In this document: positions 28,046 through 37,795 of the stretch, piece after piece
How the letters are laid out: every line of letters begins with the position of its first letter
Numbering within the stretch: position 1 is the stretch's first letter
Origin: Candidatus Natronoplasma sp.
GTDB lineage: Archaea > Thermoplasmatota > Thermoplasmata > Halarchaeoplasmatales > Halarchaeoplasmataceae
Reading direction: 5' to 3'
DNA: 55,299 nt
NCBI GenBank assembly: GCA_048621055.1
Contig: JBMCXO010000001.1
Location: 1-55,299 of the forward strand
Notes under the pieces: model-generated
Seen by the model: the letters and a program-made list of their open reading frames with translations, nothing else
Told to the model about the DNA's origin: nothing
Databases searched by the model: none
Program-made: the position numbers and the translations under genes

Positions 28046-29430
28046 ATATGAAATCGAAGTTTGGAAAAAGATTATTGATAGCTTTACTAATCGTAGCACT
28101 GGTGTTCAGTCTAGGATTTACTTCCTCGATAGGATCGGTGGAAGGACAGAGTGAAGATGCTACTGGAATCCTTGTGAATGGCCAAGACCTAGGGAAGGAA
28201 ACGACGCTCAGTTTGGAACCAGATAAATCAGTAAGAGCTGTGCTCAGTGTTGACCTAAGTCAAGTTGATAACAACATAACGAATATCAATTGGACTTTCC
28301 CTGAAGAAGAGGGGTTCACTAAGAATGTTCTAGCCGAACACGAGAACGACGGATATTATCAAATAGAAGTCGCTTTTAGAGAATATGGCGAATATGACTT
28401 TAATGTGTTAGTCGATATAGAAGATGAAGACAATCTCACAGACGATCTTACAATTATAGTAGAAGAAGATCAGAGAGGTATGTTCTTGGCCACCGTAGGA
28501 GCCGGACTCGCAGTAGGTATTGCCGGCATGGGCGCCGGGATAGGTGTCGGTATAGCCGGTGCGGCCGGTGCAGGTACTATCGCTGAAAAACCAGACAAGT
28601 TCGGCTTATCACTGGTATTTCAGGCGCTACCACAGACTCAGGCTATCTATGGTCTTCTCGTGGCCATCTTGATTTTACTTTTCACCGGTGTGATCGGAGG
28701 GGGCGGTGCTATTCCGATACCTGTCGGTATCATGGCTGTAGGGATAGGATTGGCGGTCGGTCTTGCTGGATTATCTGCTATAGGTCAGGGCATCTCTTCA
28801 GCTAGTGGGATAGCTACTGTGGCAGAGGACAGCGAAATGTTCGGTAGAGGTATGGTCTTTTCAGTGCTTCCTGAAACCCAAGCTATCTATGGATTACTCT
28901 TATCGATCTTGCTTATGATATTCAGCGGTCTGTTAGGAGGAGGCGATGCCATGGCTGGAATAGATGTTCCTGTTGGTCTTGTCGGCATCGGAGCTGGACT
29001 CTCTGTAGGTATTGCTGGACTTTCTGGTATTGGACAGGGTATTGCTTCTGCCAGTGGTATCGCTACAGTCGCGGAAGATGAGACCATGTTCGGTAGAAGT
29101 ATGGTCTTTTCAGTTCTTCCTGAAACCCAGGCAATTTATGGCCTTCTGATAGGCATTCTCCTGATCGTATTCAGCGGTATGATGGGAGATGAGCCAACGA
29201 TGACGATGGGAATGGGGATCGCCGCGGTAGGAGCAGGTCTTTCTATCGGTATTGCGGGTATCTCAGGTATAGGCCAAGGTATCACCTCAGGTTCTGCTAT
29301 AGCTGCCGTGGCTAACAGAGAAGAAACATTTGGAAAAGGCATGATATTCAGCGTGATGTCAGAAACTTTCGCAATTTTTGGCTTACTAGTGGCGATACTC
29401 ATCATAGTCTCGCTTGGATTCATGGGGTGA
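28042..29430 (+). CDS. atpK: A-type ATP synthase proteolipid subunit K: four fused hairpins preceded by a signal peptide and an extracytoplasmic domain
   Basis: 462 aa. ATGA overlap with atpI, and GGAGG at 28027-28031. Residues 147-462 are 4 x ~80-aa c-subunit repeats (LPQTQ, LPETQ, LPETQ, MSETF). Confidence 0.9.
   Translation: MNMKSKFGKRLLIALLIVALVFSLGFTSSIGSVEGQSEDATGILVNGQDLGKETTLSLEPDKSVRAVLSVDLSQVDNNITNINWTFPEEEGFTKNVLAEHENDGYYQIEVAFREYGEYDFNVLVDIEDEDNLTDDLTIIVEEDQRGMFLATVGAGLAVGIAGMGAGIGVGIAGAAGAGTIAEKPDKFGLSLVFQALPQTQAIYGLLVAILILLFTGVIGGGGAIPIPVGIMAVGIGLAVGLAGLSAIGQGISSASGIATVAEDSEMFGRGMVFSVLPETQAIYGLLLSILLMIFSGLLGGGDAMAGIDVPVGLVGIGAGLSVGIAGLSGIGQGIASASGIATVAEDETMFGRSMVFSVLPETQAIYGLLIGILLIVFSGMMGDEPTMTMGMGIAAVGAGLSIGIAGISGIGQGITSGSAIAAVANREETFGKGMIFSVMSETFAIFGLLVAILIIVSLGFMG
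28480..29430 (+). repeat. intragenic tandem repeat: four proteolipid hairpin units (~240 nt each)
   Basis: Equivalent residues Q198/E278/E361/E441 are spaced 80, 83 and 80 aa apart. Units 2 and 3 are the most similar. Confidence 0.85.
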
Positions 29431-30017
29431 GAGAGATTTCAGTAGAAAAGATCGTAGAGAAGATAAAAGCAGACGTTCAAAACAAGATTGACACCATAAT
29501 GGAAAAAGAGAAAGAAAAAGCCGAAGAGATCAGAGAAGAAATAGAACGGGAAAAAGAAAGGAGATTGAACGAAATAGAGAAGGAAAAAGAAAGAGAGATA
29601 AAAACGTTGAAGAACAGGATCATATCCCAAGCGGAATTGGAATCTAGAAAGAAAAGGTTGAATATCAGGGAAGAGATGATCGAGAGAGTTTTGGATAACA
29701 GCAGAAAAAAATTGAGAGAGATGGATCCCGAAGATTATGATGAATATCTCGAAGAGTCGATAGAAAAATCTAGAGAGCTGCTAGATGGCGAAGTAGAGAT
29801 CCACTGTCCAAAAGAATCAGAAGATCAAGTGAAAGATATCGCAAAAAAGATAGATTCTTCTCTGAAAGTTATCGGTGATCTAAACTCAATCGGCGGTGTA
29901 AAGGCAGTTTCAGATAAAGGAGCGACCATAGACTTGACTTTTGAAGCAAATATTGAACGAAAGAAAAAGCAGCTCAGAAAAGAAATATCTGATATATTAT
30001 TTCCGGAGGAAGAGTAA
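29427..30017 (+). CDS. atpE: A-type ATP synthase subunit E
   Basis: 196 aa. Charged N-terminal helix plus a globular C-terminus, in the operon position expected for atpE. Confidence 0.8.
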   Translation: MREISVEKIVEKIKADVQNKIDTIMEKEKEKAEEIREEIEREKERRLNEIEKEKEREIKTLKNRIISQAELESRKKRLNIREEMIERVLDNSRKKLREMDPEDYDEYLEESIEKSRELLDGEVEIHCPKESEDQVKDIAKKIDSSLKVIGDLNSIGGVKAVSDKGATIDLTFEANIERKKKQLRKEISDILFPEEE

Positions 30018-31151
30018 GTGTTAGAAGATCTCATAGATAGTATAGGGATGACTAACTTCGTTTTCTTGATCATCGGTTTAGCTCTACTGCTGGTGATAAT
30101 CCTCTTCATGAGTTATTACCGAGTGGTTATAAGCATAGCCAATTTTACCTACCCCAATGCGGTCTTCCGATCAAGTGGAAATCCTTATTTGAAAGAAAAA
30201 AAAATATCCGATCTGGTGGAAGGAGGTAATTTGAATGAAGTCTATTCAGAACTAGAGGAGGATGGATATGAAATTTCTAAAGAAGCGAGAGAAGATATCG
30301 ATAAAGTCGAAAAAGAACTTGAGAATAAAAATATTGAGCTGATGAAAAAGGCTCACAGGACTTCTCCAGATGAGACAAAAAGGTTCACTAAAGCTTGGCT
30401 TTCGAGATATGATGTGAAGATGGCAAAACGCGCTATCAAAGCGATAAAGGAAGATAGATTAGAAGAAGTAGAGGACCGACTTTATCCGGTTAAAGAAATA
30501 AATGAAAAAGTTATAGATGACCTCAGCTCCGCTAGAAATCTGCAGGAAGCCCTTTCTATATTAAGAGGCACGGAACTCGAAGAGGTTCTGGAAAAGAAGG
30601 AATGGGAAGAAAAGCCCTTCGAACTCGATGTTACCTTAGACAAATACGCCTTCAATAAGTTGAAGGAGGGTATATTCAAAGTAGAGTCTGAGCAAAGAGC
30701 TCCTGTCAGGTATTTTTTCGGAAGATATGTCGATCTTCTAAATATCAAAATAATATTGAGAGGGATCAGAGAAGAAATTCAAAGCGAAAGGCTGAAGGAT
30801 TGCATTTTACCTAAAGGGAGAGAATTACCGGAATGGAAGTTAGAAGAGATGGCTGAATCTACCAGCATCGACGAAGCTCTAGTACAATTAGAAGGGACAT
30901 CATATGAAGATATCAGGAATAAGATGCAGTCAGATGAGAAGTTTGATTTTGAACATTACCTAGATAAAAAATTACTCAAAATGGTTACAGAACTCAACAA
31001 TCAACATATCCTTACTGTAGGACCTACTTTGAAATATCTTGTGGGAAAGGAGTTAGAACTGAGAAACATGAGAGCTCTGATTCGTGGGATAAAAGAAGAT
31101 GTTGATCCGATAAGAGTCAAAGAGTTGATGATCCTGGAGGATAATATATGA
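30018..31151 (+). CDS. atpC: A-type ATP synthase subunit C (d-like), with a possible N-terminal hydrophobic extension
   Basis: 377 aa. ANFTYPNAVFRS matches the usual YxYxNARxR start of AtpC. GTG at 30018 has GGAGG 8 nt upstream. An alternative ATG lies at 30108. Confidence 0.85.
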   Translation: MLEDLIDSIGMTNFVFLIIGLALLLVIILFMSYYRVVISIANFTYPNAVFRSSGNPYLKEKKISDLVEGGNLNEVYSELEEDGYEISKEAREDIDKVEKELENKNIELMKKAHRTSPDETKRFTKAWLSRYDVKMAKRAIKAIKEDRLEEVEDRLYPVKEINEKVIDDLSSARNLQEALSILRGTELEEVLEKKEWEEKPFELDVTLDKYAFNKLKEGIFKVESEQRAPVRYFFGRYVDLLNIKIILRGIREEIQSERLKDCILPKGRELPEWKLEEMAESTSIDEALVQLEGTSYEDIRNKMQSDEKFDFEHYLDKKLLKMVTELNNQHILTVGPTLKYLVGKELELRNMRALIRGIKEDVDPIRVKELMILEDNI

Positions 31152-31495
31152 AAAAGAAGGTAGTAGTGGTCGGGAAAAAGGATATGACATTGGGTTTTTC
31201 CCTTGCTGGCATAGACGAAACTTTTACTCCAACTGACGAATATGAAAGCAAAAAAAGAATAAATAAGCTGTTAGAGTCGCCGGATGTAGGCGTCATATTA
31301 TTATCAGAGGGTATAGCAGAAGAGATAAGAGAGCATATTCAGGGAAAAGAGAGAGAAAGAAAGGGAACGATTTATCCTATCATTGTAGAGATACCCGATA
31401 AAGAAGGTCCTTTAGAAGATAAGGAGGATCCTCTTAAAGGCAAGATAAAAAGAGCTGTAGGTATAGATATCACTTCACAGGAGGGAAAAGAATGA
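31148..31495 (+). CDS. atpF: A-type ATP synthase subunit F
   Basis: 115 aa with VVVVGKKDMTLGFSLAGI...VGVILLSE. Confidence 0.85.
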   Translation: MKKKVVVVGKKDMTLGFSLAGIDETFTPTDEYESKKRINKLLESPDVGVILLSEGIAEEIREHIQGKERERKGTIYPIIVEIPDKEGPLEDKEDPLKGKIKRAVGIDITSQEGKE

Positions 31496-31550
31496 TGTAT
31501 AAATTTCATAAAGATTATTATTTTGAAATCCGTTCAGGAGGAAAGAAAAT

Positions 31551-33461
31551 ATGGTAAACGAAGCCGAGGAAAGTATAAGCAAGATCAAAGAACCTGATGA
31601 AGATGAAGGAGTTGGACGAATAATTCATGTTGCTGGTCCAGTCGTAGAAGCCGAAGGTCTTAGAGGAGTCGAGATGTACGAAGTGGTTGAAGTCGGCGAG
31701 GAAGGCCTGATCGGAGAAGTAATCGAACTTGACGAAGATGTTGCTACGATACAAGTTTATGAAGAGACCGGAGGTGTGAAACCGGGAGAACCGGTAGAAA
31801 GGACTGGCGAACCTCTTTCGCTAGAGTTGGGACCGGGTCTCATCGAACAAATTTATGACGGTATACAAAGGCCTCTAGAAGGAATAGTTGAAGAGACCGG
31901 CGATTTCATAAAGAGAGGTATCGAAGTCTCTCCTCTAGATGAAGAGAGGGAATGGGAATTTGAACCGAAAATTGAAGAAGGTGAAGAAGTCGAACATGGA
32001 GATATCCTCGGTATTGTAGAGGAGACCAAGACGGTCGAACACAGGGTCATGGTCCCTCCTGATAAAAGCGGGGAGGTAAAAGAGATAGTTTCTGAAGGAA
32101 AATACACTATAAATGAAACTATAGCGATTCTAGAGAACGAAGAAGGTGAAGAAGAGATAAGTATGAAACAGCGATGGCCCGTTAGAGTAGGTAGACCGAT
32201 CAAAGATAAAAAACAGCCAGGAGAGCTGTTGGTCACGGGTCAGAGAGTGTTGGATACTTTCTTCCCTCTAGCTAAAGGGGGAACAGCGGCTATTCCAGGG
32301 GGGTTCGGGACTGGCAAAACGGTCATCCAGCATCAATTGGCCAAATGGAGTGATGCAGACATAGTCGTCTACGTCGGCTGTGGAGAGAGAGGTAACGAGA
32401 TGACAGAAGTTCTCAGAGATTTCCCTGAATTAGAAGATCCATGGAGTGGAGAACCTCTGATGAAGAGGACCGTTCTGATCGCAAATACCAGTAACATGCC
32501 CGTCGCTGCAAGAGAAGCTTCCGTCTTTTCTGGTATAACTATAGCGGAATACTACAGAGACATGGGTTATAACGTGGCTTTGATGGCCGATTCAACTTCT
32601 CGATGGGCAGAGGCCCTGAGAGAGATATCCGGAAGGTTAGAAGAGATGCCTGGTGAGGAAGGTTTTCCCGCGTATCTAGCCTCTGAGCTCGCTTCATTCT
32701 ATGAAAGAGCTGGTATCTGCGAGCTTTATGGTGATAGAGAGGGTTCTGTTTCCGTGATCGGAGCTGTAAGCCCTTCTGGAGGAGACTTTTCTGAACCGGT
32801 CACCCAGAACACTTTGAGGATAGCACAGGTCTTCTGGGCTTTAGATACCGAACTGAAGAACAGACGTCACTTTCCGGCTATAGATTGGTTGACTTCATAT
32901 TCACTTTATCTCGACCAGGTAGGTAAATGGTGGGATGAGAACGTAAACGAAAATTGGCAGGATCTTAGAAGAGAGACCATGCGTTTGTTAGAAAAAGAAT
33001 CTGAACTCGAAGAGATCGTCCAGCTAGTCGGACCAGATGCTCTACCCACCTCAGATCAATTCGCACTTCAGGCCGCTAGACTTGTCAGAGAAGATTTCCT
33101 TCAACAGAACGCTTTCCACGATGTGGATACTTTCTGTTCTCCAGAGAAGCAGTTCAGAATGCTCCAAATAATAATGGAATTCTACGAAACCGGACAGAGA
33201 GCTCTCGAAGAAGGCGTCTCCGTAGATAGTTTATCAGAAATGGATGTTATAGAAGATATAAGCAGAATGTCGAACATACCCTCGGATGAATGGGAAGAGA
33301 AATCTGGCCAAGTTGAGATGAAGATGAACGAAGAATTCAAAGAACTTGAAGAATCACTAGAACTCTCTTCTCCTCTCGAAGGAGAGACTGAAGAGGAGTT
33401 AGATGTTGAAGAAGAAGAGAGCAAGATGAATGATGAAGACATTACACCGGAGGAGGGATAG
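31551..33461 (+). CDS. atpA: A-type ATP synthase catalytic subunit A
   Basis: 636 aa. GGFGTGKTV Walker A plus the non-homologous region typical of A subunits. About 40-aa acidic C-terminal extension. Confidence 0.96.
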   Translation: MVNEAEESISKIKEPDEDEGVGRIIHVAGPVVEAEGLRGVEMYEVVEVGEEGLIGEVIELDEDVATIQVYEETGGVKPGEPVERTGEPLSLELGPGLIEQIYDGIQRPLEGIVEETGDFIKRGIEVSPLDEEREWEFEPKIEEGEEVEHGDILGIVEETKTVEHRVMVPPDKSGEVKEIVSEGKYTINETIAILENEEGEEEISMKQRWPVRVGRPIKDKKQPGELLVTGQRVLDTFFPLAKGGTAAIPGGFGTGKTVIQHQLAKWSDADIVVYVGCGERGNEMTEVLRDFPELEDPWSGEPLMKRTVLIANTSNMPVAAREASVFSGITIAEYYRDMGYNVALMADSTSRWAEALREISGRLEEMPGEEGFPAYLASELASFYERAGICELYGDREGSVSVIGAVSPSGGDFSEPVTQNTLRIAQVFWALDTELKNRRHFPAIDWLTSYSLYLDQVGKWWDENVNENWQDLRRETMRLLEKESELEEIVQLVGPDALPTSDQFALQAARLVREDFLQQNAFHDVDTFCSPEKQFRMLQIIMEFYETGQRALEEGVSVDSLSEMDVIEDISRMSNIPSDEWEEKSGQVEMKMNEEFKELEESLELSSPLEGETEEELDVEEEESKMNDEDITPEEG

Positions 33462-33463
33462 AG

Positions 33464-34852
33464 ATGGTCGACGATATGTCAAAAAGGACGGAATATCAGA
33501 ATGTTACTGAAGTTGCTGGACCTTTGATGGTAGTTGAAGGTATCAGCGATGTCGCTTATGATGAGATAGCTAAAGTCAAATTGCCGAGTGGTGAGGAACG
33601 GTTAGGGCAGGTACTAGAGGCTGGAACCGATCGTGCAGTCCTGCAGGTTTTTGCAGGAACTAGAGGATTGGATACTGATGAAACTAGCGTACAATTCACC
33701 GGCGAGGTCATGAAGTTCGGCGTCTCTAGAGAACTTCTCGGCAGGGTTTTCAACGGAATTGGAGAGCCTATCGATGGAAGTCCAGATATCATACCTGATG
33801 AAAGAAGGAATATAAATGGAGATCCTATAAACCCATCTGCTAGAGAATATCCTAGAGAATTCATCCAGACCGGTATTTCAACCATAGACGGTATGTTGAC
33901 TTTGGTCAGAGGACAAAAATTACCTATATTCAGCGCTTCAGGTTTACCGCATAACAGCGTTGCGGCTCAGATCGCCAGACAGTCCGAAGTATTGGGTGAA
34001 GAGGAAGAGTTCGCCGTGGTTTTCTGTGCGATGGGTATCACCGCGGAGGAAGCGAACTTTTTCAGAAAGGACTTCGAGAGAACGGGAGCACTGGAAAGGT
34101 CGGTCCTGTTCCTGAACCTCGCCGATGATCCTGCTATCGAAAGGATAGTGATACCGAGGATGGCGCTTACTGCAGCTGAGTACCTCGCCTTCGAAGAAGA
34201 TATGCAGGTGTTGGTCATTCTTACGGACATGACGAACTACTGCGAGGCCCTGAGGGAGATAGCTGCGGCGAGGGAAGAAGTACCTGGAAGAAGGGGTTAT
34301 CCAGGTTACATGTACACTGATCTCGCGAACATCTATGAGAGAGCGGGCAGGATATTGAACAGAGAGGGGTCCATAACCATGATACCTATACTCACCATGC
34401 CCGACGACGACATAACCCATCCTATCCCTGATCTTACAGGATACATCACCGAGGGACAGCTCGTGTTCTCTAGAGAATTACATAGAAAAGGGATCAGGCC
34501 TCCTATCACGCCTGGTGAGAGCCTTTCTAGACTCATGGAAGAAGGTATAGGCGGAGAAAGAACGAGAGAAGATCACTCCGGCGTGAGCAATCAACTGTAT
34601 GCTGCCTACGCAGAAGGTCTTGATCTTCGTGATCTTGTAGCTGTTGTGGGCGAAGAAGCACTCAGTGAACGAGATAGACTTTACCTTGAATTTGCAGAAG
34701 AGTTCGAAGAGCGATTCATAGATCAGGGAGTCGAAGAAGACAGGAGTATAGATGAAACGCTCGATATGGCCTGGGACTTGCTCACAATCATACCAAAAAA
34801 GGAATTGAAGAGGATAGATCAGAAATACATAGACGAGTACTATCCAGAGTGA
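33464..34852 (+). CDS. atpB: A-type ATP synthase subunit B
   Basis: 462 aa with [17 protein letters not shown] and related motifs. Confidence 0.96.
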   Translation: MVDDMSKRTEYQNVTEVAGPLMVVEGISDVAYDEIAKVKLPSGEERLGQVLEAGTDRAVLQVFAGTRGLDTDETSVQFTGEVMKFGVSRELLGRVFNGIGEPIDGSPDIIPDERRNINGDPINPSAREYPREFIQTGISTIDGMLTLVRGQKLPIFSASGLPHNSVAAQIARQSEVLGEEEEFAVVFCAMGITAEEANFFRKDFERTGALERSVLFLNLADDPAIERIVIPRMALTAAEYLAFEEDMQVLVILTDMTNYCEALREIAAAREEVPGRRGYPGYMYTDLANIYERAGRILNREGSITMIPILTMPDDDITHPIPDLTGYITEGQLVFSRELHRKGIRPPITPGESLSRLMEEGIGGERTREDHSGVSNQLYAAYAEGLDLRDLVAVVGEEALSERDRLYLEFAEEFEERFIDQGVEEDRSIDETLDMAWDLLTIIPKKELKRIDQKYIDEYYPE

Positions 34853-34858
34853 AAAACT

Positions 34859-36151
34859 TCACTCCATCCTTTTAAGCGGTTTAGAGAGATGCCTCCTAGC
34901 TGAAACAGGCACCTCGTACCACTTTTCATTTAACTCTCTATCTACTTTCTCTCGTATCGCTTGATCTTCGTCTGCTTTTGTTCTACACCTCTTGCATCTA
35001 TATCCTGCGTCTGTCCCCATCGATGACATCCTCTTCCCACATTCGGGACATTCTGGATTTCTGATTTTTACTGTCTTTTCCTCCAACTCTAGAATTTTCA
35101 TTTTTTCTATATTTAGAGTCCTAGGCTCTTTTCTCACTCCTCCCCACAATTGAACCCCGTCCCCCACTATCAGCTTTTTTATGATTTCTCTGAACCCTTT
35201 CGTGGGTTCATAAGCCGCTGCGGTTATCTGGTCCGTCTCATCTTTTACATCGAAAAGTACATGTCCTCCTTCTATCGACCTTGGTTCTGAACATACCTCT
35301 CCTTCGATCTTTACTGAGTTCCAAGGCTCCATATCTTTGATTAGTGCCTGCTGTATATGATCGTCTGTGGCTTGATTGGTGAGAAATGTGACCCATCTTT
35401 CCGGTTCTTCTTCACCTATTTTATCTAGAGCTTTCTGTAATTCCTGTGAATCCTCCCCTCTTACACCATAGAGAACTGGGCAGGGAGAATTAGGAGCTAT
35501 AGCCTGTTTGTTTTCTTCATGATCATAGCAATTAAAAGCACCATCGATTATATCATCGAGACGTCTGATATCTTCTTCATCTAACTCTCTACTAGTGCCC
35601 CACTTTTCTTCTCTACGATATGTTAGTAGTTCATAGGTCATATCTTTTGGTGTCCAGGCTAGAGCTGCTGAAGCACCGATCAAACCTCTTTTCTCTCCAT
35701 AACCTTTGTACTCGAAACCATTTTGATCCAAATCATCTAAAACATCCTCCAACTCAACGACATCTTTAACAGCCTTCTCATACAGGTCTCGGGGAGGTCT
35801 TCTTTCGGCTAAGATCAATCCTGGATTAGTGTTCGAACTTCGAAAATGAGCTAATCCTTCTACCACTTTTTTAATCCTATCAAAATCTTTTTCTCTTTTC
35901 TCATGTGTACCTTTAAAGGTCCAGAGATCCCCATCTACATAACCTATCCTCTTTTCTTTTTCACTCCCTTTTCCGAACGTTAGAACAATGGCTCCGTTTC
36001 CTCTCGTCTTCCAGGGTACGTTAGGGTTTAGTCTAACCAATTTGGGATAATCCAACATCTGATAGTCTGTGAATTCTTTAATCAACTCAGTAGCTAAAAA
36101 AGTCGTACACATACCTTCTCTAGAATCCGTATCATCAACAGCTATGTACAT
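34859..36151 (-). CDS. tiaS: tRNA(Ile2) 2-agmatinylcytidine synthetase
   Basis: MYIAVDDTDSREGMCTTFLA N-terminus and a C-terminal zinc ribbon (CPECGKRM...CKRC). Confidence 0.9.
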   Translation of the reverse strand: MYIAVDDTDSREGMCTTFLATELIKEFTDYQMLDYPKLVRLNPNVPWKTRGNGAIVLTFGKGSEKEKRIGYVDGDLWTFKGTHEKREKDFDRIKKVVEGLAHFRSSNTNPGLILAERRPPRDLYEKAVKDVVELEDVLDDLDQNGFEYKGYGEKRGLIGASAALAWTPKDMTYELLTYRREEKWGTSRELDEEDIRRLDDIIDGAFNCYDHEENKQAIAPNSPCPVLYGVRGEDSQELQKALDKIGEEEPERWVTFLTNQATDDHIQQALIKDMEPWNSVKIEGEVCSEPRSIEGGHVLFDVKDETDQITAAAYEPTKGFREIIKKLIVGDGVQLWGGVRKEPRTLNIEKMKILELEEKTVKIRNPECPECGKRMSSMGTDAGYRCKRCRTKADEDQAIREKVDRELNEKWYEVPVSARRHLSKPLKRME

Positions 36152-36157
36152 ATTATT

Positions 36158-36778
36158 TTATTGGATACGCCCACAATCTCTACATCTAGCTTTTCCCTCG
36201 CCTATCTCTATCAGTTTTCCCCCACATTCCCGACACCTTCTCTTATCTCCTTCTTCCTCCTCTTCATCTTCAGGTTCCGTGGATCTTTCTCCGACATCTG
36301 ATTTCAAAAGATGGTCATCGATGTATTCTCTCACATGTATGGGTTCACCCACAGCTTTCACAGTCGTATCGGTCAATCGATCAAGATAGCGCTGCCTGGG
36401 ATCTCCTTCACTAGCCATACCGATCACCCAATCTAAAAGAACAAAAATACCGTGCAGTTTACTAAAATTTCTTATCAAAGCATCGGATGGCTCAAAAGAG
36501 TAGGTCAAGGCTTCCACTTCTAACTTCATGATGGCTTTACCCAGTGTCTTTTTACTCGTGAATTCTAGAAGCGCTGAATAAAACACTTGAACTATACCAG
36601 CGGTCATCGGGAAGTACCATATCATAGAGCGAGCAAAGAATACAGAGGCAAGAAAATTGAGTATCAAATAAACTACCATGGAAGAAACAATTAAGTCGAT
36701 AAAGTAAGCTATCAATCTCTTCAACCAATGCTTCTGTAAGGGCTTATTATTATGAAGTAAGTCGAAACCAGTTACCAT
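36158..36778 (-). CDS. RDD-family membrane protein with a C-terminal zinc ribbon
   Basis: RLIAYFIDLIV plus about 3 TM segments, an acidic linker, then CRECGGKL...CRDCG. Confidence 0.65.
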   Translation of the reverse strand: MVTGFDLLHNNKPLQKHWLKRLIAYFIDLIVSSMVVYLILNFLASVFFARSMIWYFPMTAGIVQVFYSALLEFTSKKTLGKAIMKLEVEALTYSFEPSDALIRNFSKLHGIFVLLDWVIGMASEGDPRQRYLDRLTDTTVKAVGEPIHVREYIDDHLLKSDVGERSTEPEDEEEEEGDKRRCRECGGKLIEIGEGKARCRDCGRIQ

Positions 36779-37043
36779 ATTTATCCTCTTGTTTTAGGTT
36801 TATACCCTCAGACTGCCCATCAATCATCATCCACATAAAGCCATTTGGCTTTTGAACATAGAGAGGGATTTTTGTCCCTCGCTATTGTCAGTTTTGGATT
36901 CGTCATCATCGGGTACTCTCTAATAGATTAGCATGTTCATATATTTTTTCATTCTTTTTTAAAAGCAGGAAAAGATATGCACCATGTTCAAAGTTTTAAG
37001 ATTATCGAATAATTTATTACCGATGTCTTAAATTAGCATCGGC

Positions 37044-37541
37044 ATGGAATTATTTATATTAGATTATCGGGAGTGCGACCCTGATAAATGTACTGCAAGA
37101 AAGTTGATAGACAATAAATATGCTGATAAAATCGTGAATGATAGAGAACTGGGAAGAGATGGTATATACCTAAGTCCGATATCAGAGAAGGCTATATCTC
37201 CAGAAGATAAAGAAAAAGCAAAGAAGGGAGGCATAAGAGCTATTGACTGTACCTGGACAGAGGCGGAAGAAAAAATACCTGAATATGAGAATGGAAGGGC
37301 TTTGCCTTATCTAGTGGCAGTGAATCCAATAAATTACGGTAAACCTTTCCAGCTCACGACTGTCGAAGCTATCGCCGCCGCGCTTTACATATTTGGTGAG
37401 GAGGATCAAGCAAGTGAAATACTCTCAATTTTTAACTGGGGAGAGCAATTCATCGAGATGAATAAGAATCCATTGAACGATTATCAGGAAGCAAAAAATA
37501 GCTCCGATATCGTAGAAATTCAAAAAGAATATATGAAGTGA
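37044..37541 (+). CDS. tsr3: 16S rRNA aminocarboxypropyltransferase Tsr3 (DUF367)
   Basis: LDYRECDPDKCTARKL...AIDCTW...NYGKPFQLTTVEAIAAALYI. Confidence 0.88.
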   Translation: MELFILDYRECDPDKCTARKLIDNKYADKIVNDRELGRDGIYLSPISEKAISPEDKEKAKKGGIRAIDCTWTEAEEKIPEYENGRALPYLVAVNPINYGKPFQLTTVEAIAAALYIFGEEDQASEILSIFNWGEQFIEMNKNPLNDYQEAKNSSDIVEIQKEYMK

Positions 37542-37553
37542 ATACTTTTGATA

Positions 37554-37751
37554 TCATCCCTCTGACGGAAGCATGTTAGGTATCCCATCATCGATAGGGT
37601 ATTCTATATCACATTTTTTACAGTGCAAAGTACCCTCTTCGATCTCTTGAGAGTCGTCTTCATCTGAGGATTCATCCGTTTCAGAAGAAATCAGTTTCAA
37701 TTCGCCCTTGCATTTAGGACAGCGGAGGATATCTAGCAGATCCCTTTTCAT
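37554..37751 (-). CDS. trm112: Trm112-family zinc-ribbon protein
   Basis: LLDILRCPKCKGEL...LHCKKCDIEYPIDDGIPNML. Confidence 0.85.
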   Translation of the reverse strand: MKRDLLDILRCPKCKGELKLISSETDESSDEDDSQEIEEGTLHCKKCDIEYPIDDGIPNMLPSEG

Positions 37752-37795
37752 GCTTATTCATCTCCTTGATAGCAAAAAACTTTTGCGTTAAAAGG

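Noticed and set aside
29398-29466. On hand-reading this row, atpK appeared to run in frame into atpE.
   Set aside because: This conflicts by one nucleotide with three independent ORF-track coordinates (29430, 29427 and the minus-strand ORF starting at 29423). I treat it as my own transcription slip and use the track coordinates.
33944-34420. Numerous 60-160-aa ORFs antisense to or overlapping long conserved genes (for example 33944-34420, 1555-1773, 13355-13798, 15305-15748, 41475-41972).
   Set aside because: They lie fully within well-supported genes on the other strand or frame. They have low-complexity or atypical composition and no recognisable motifs.
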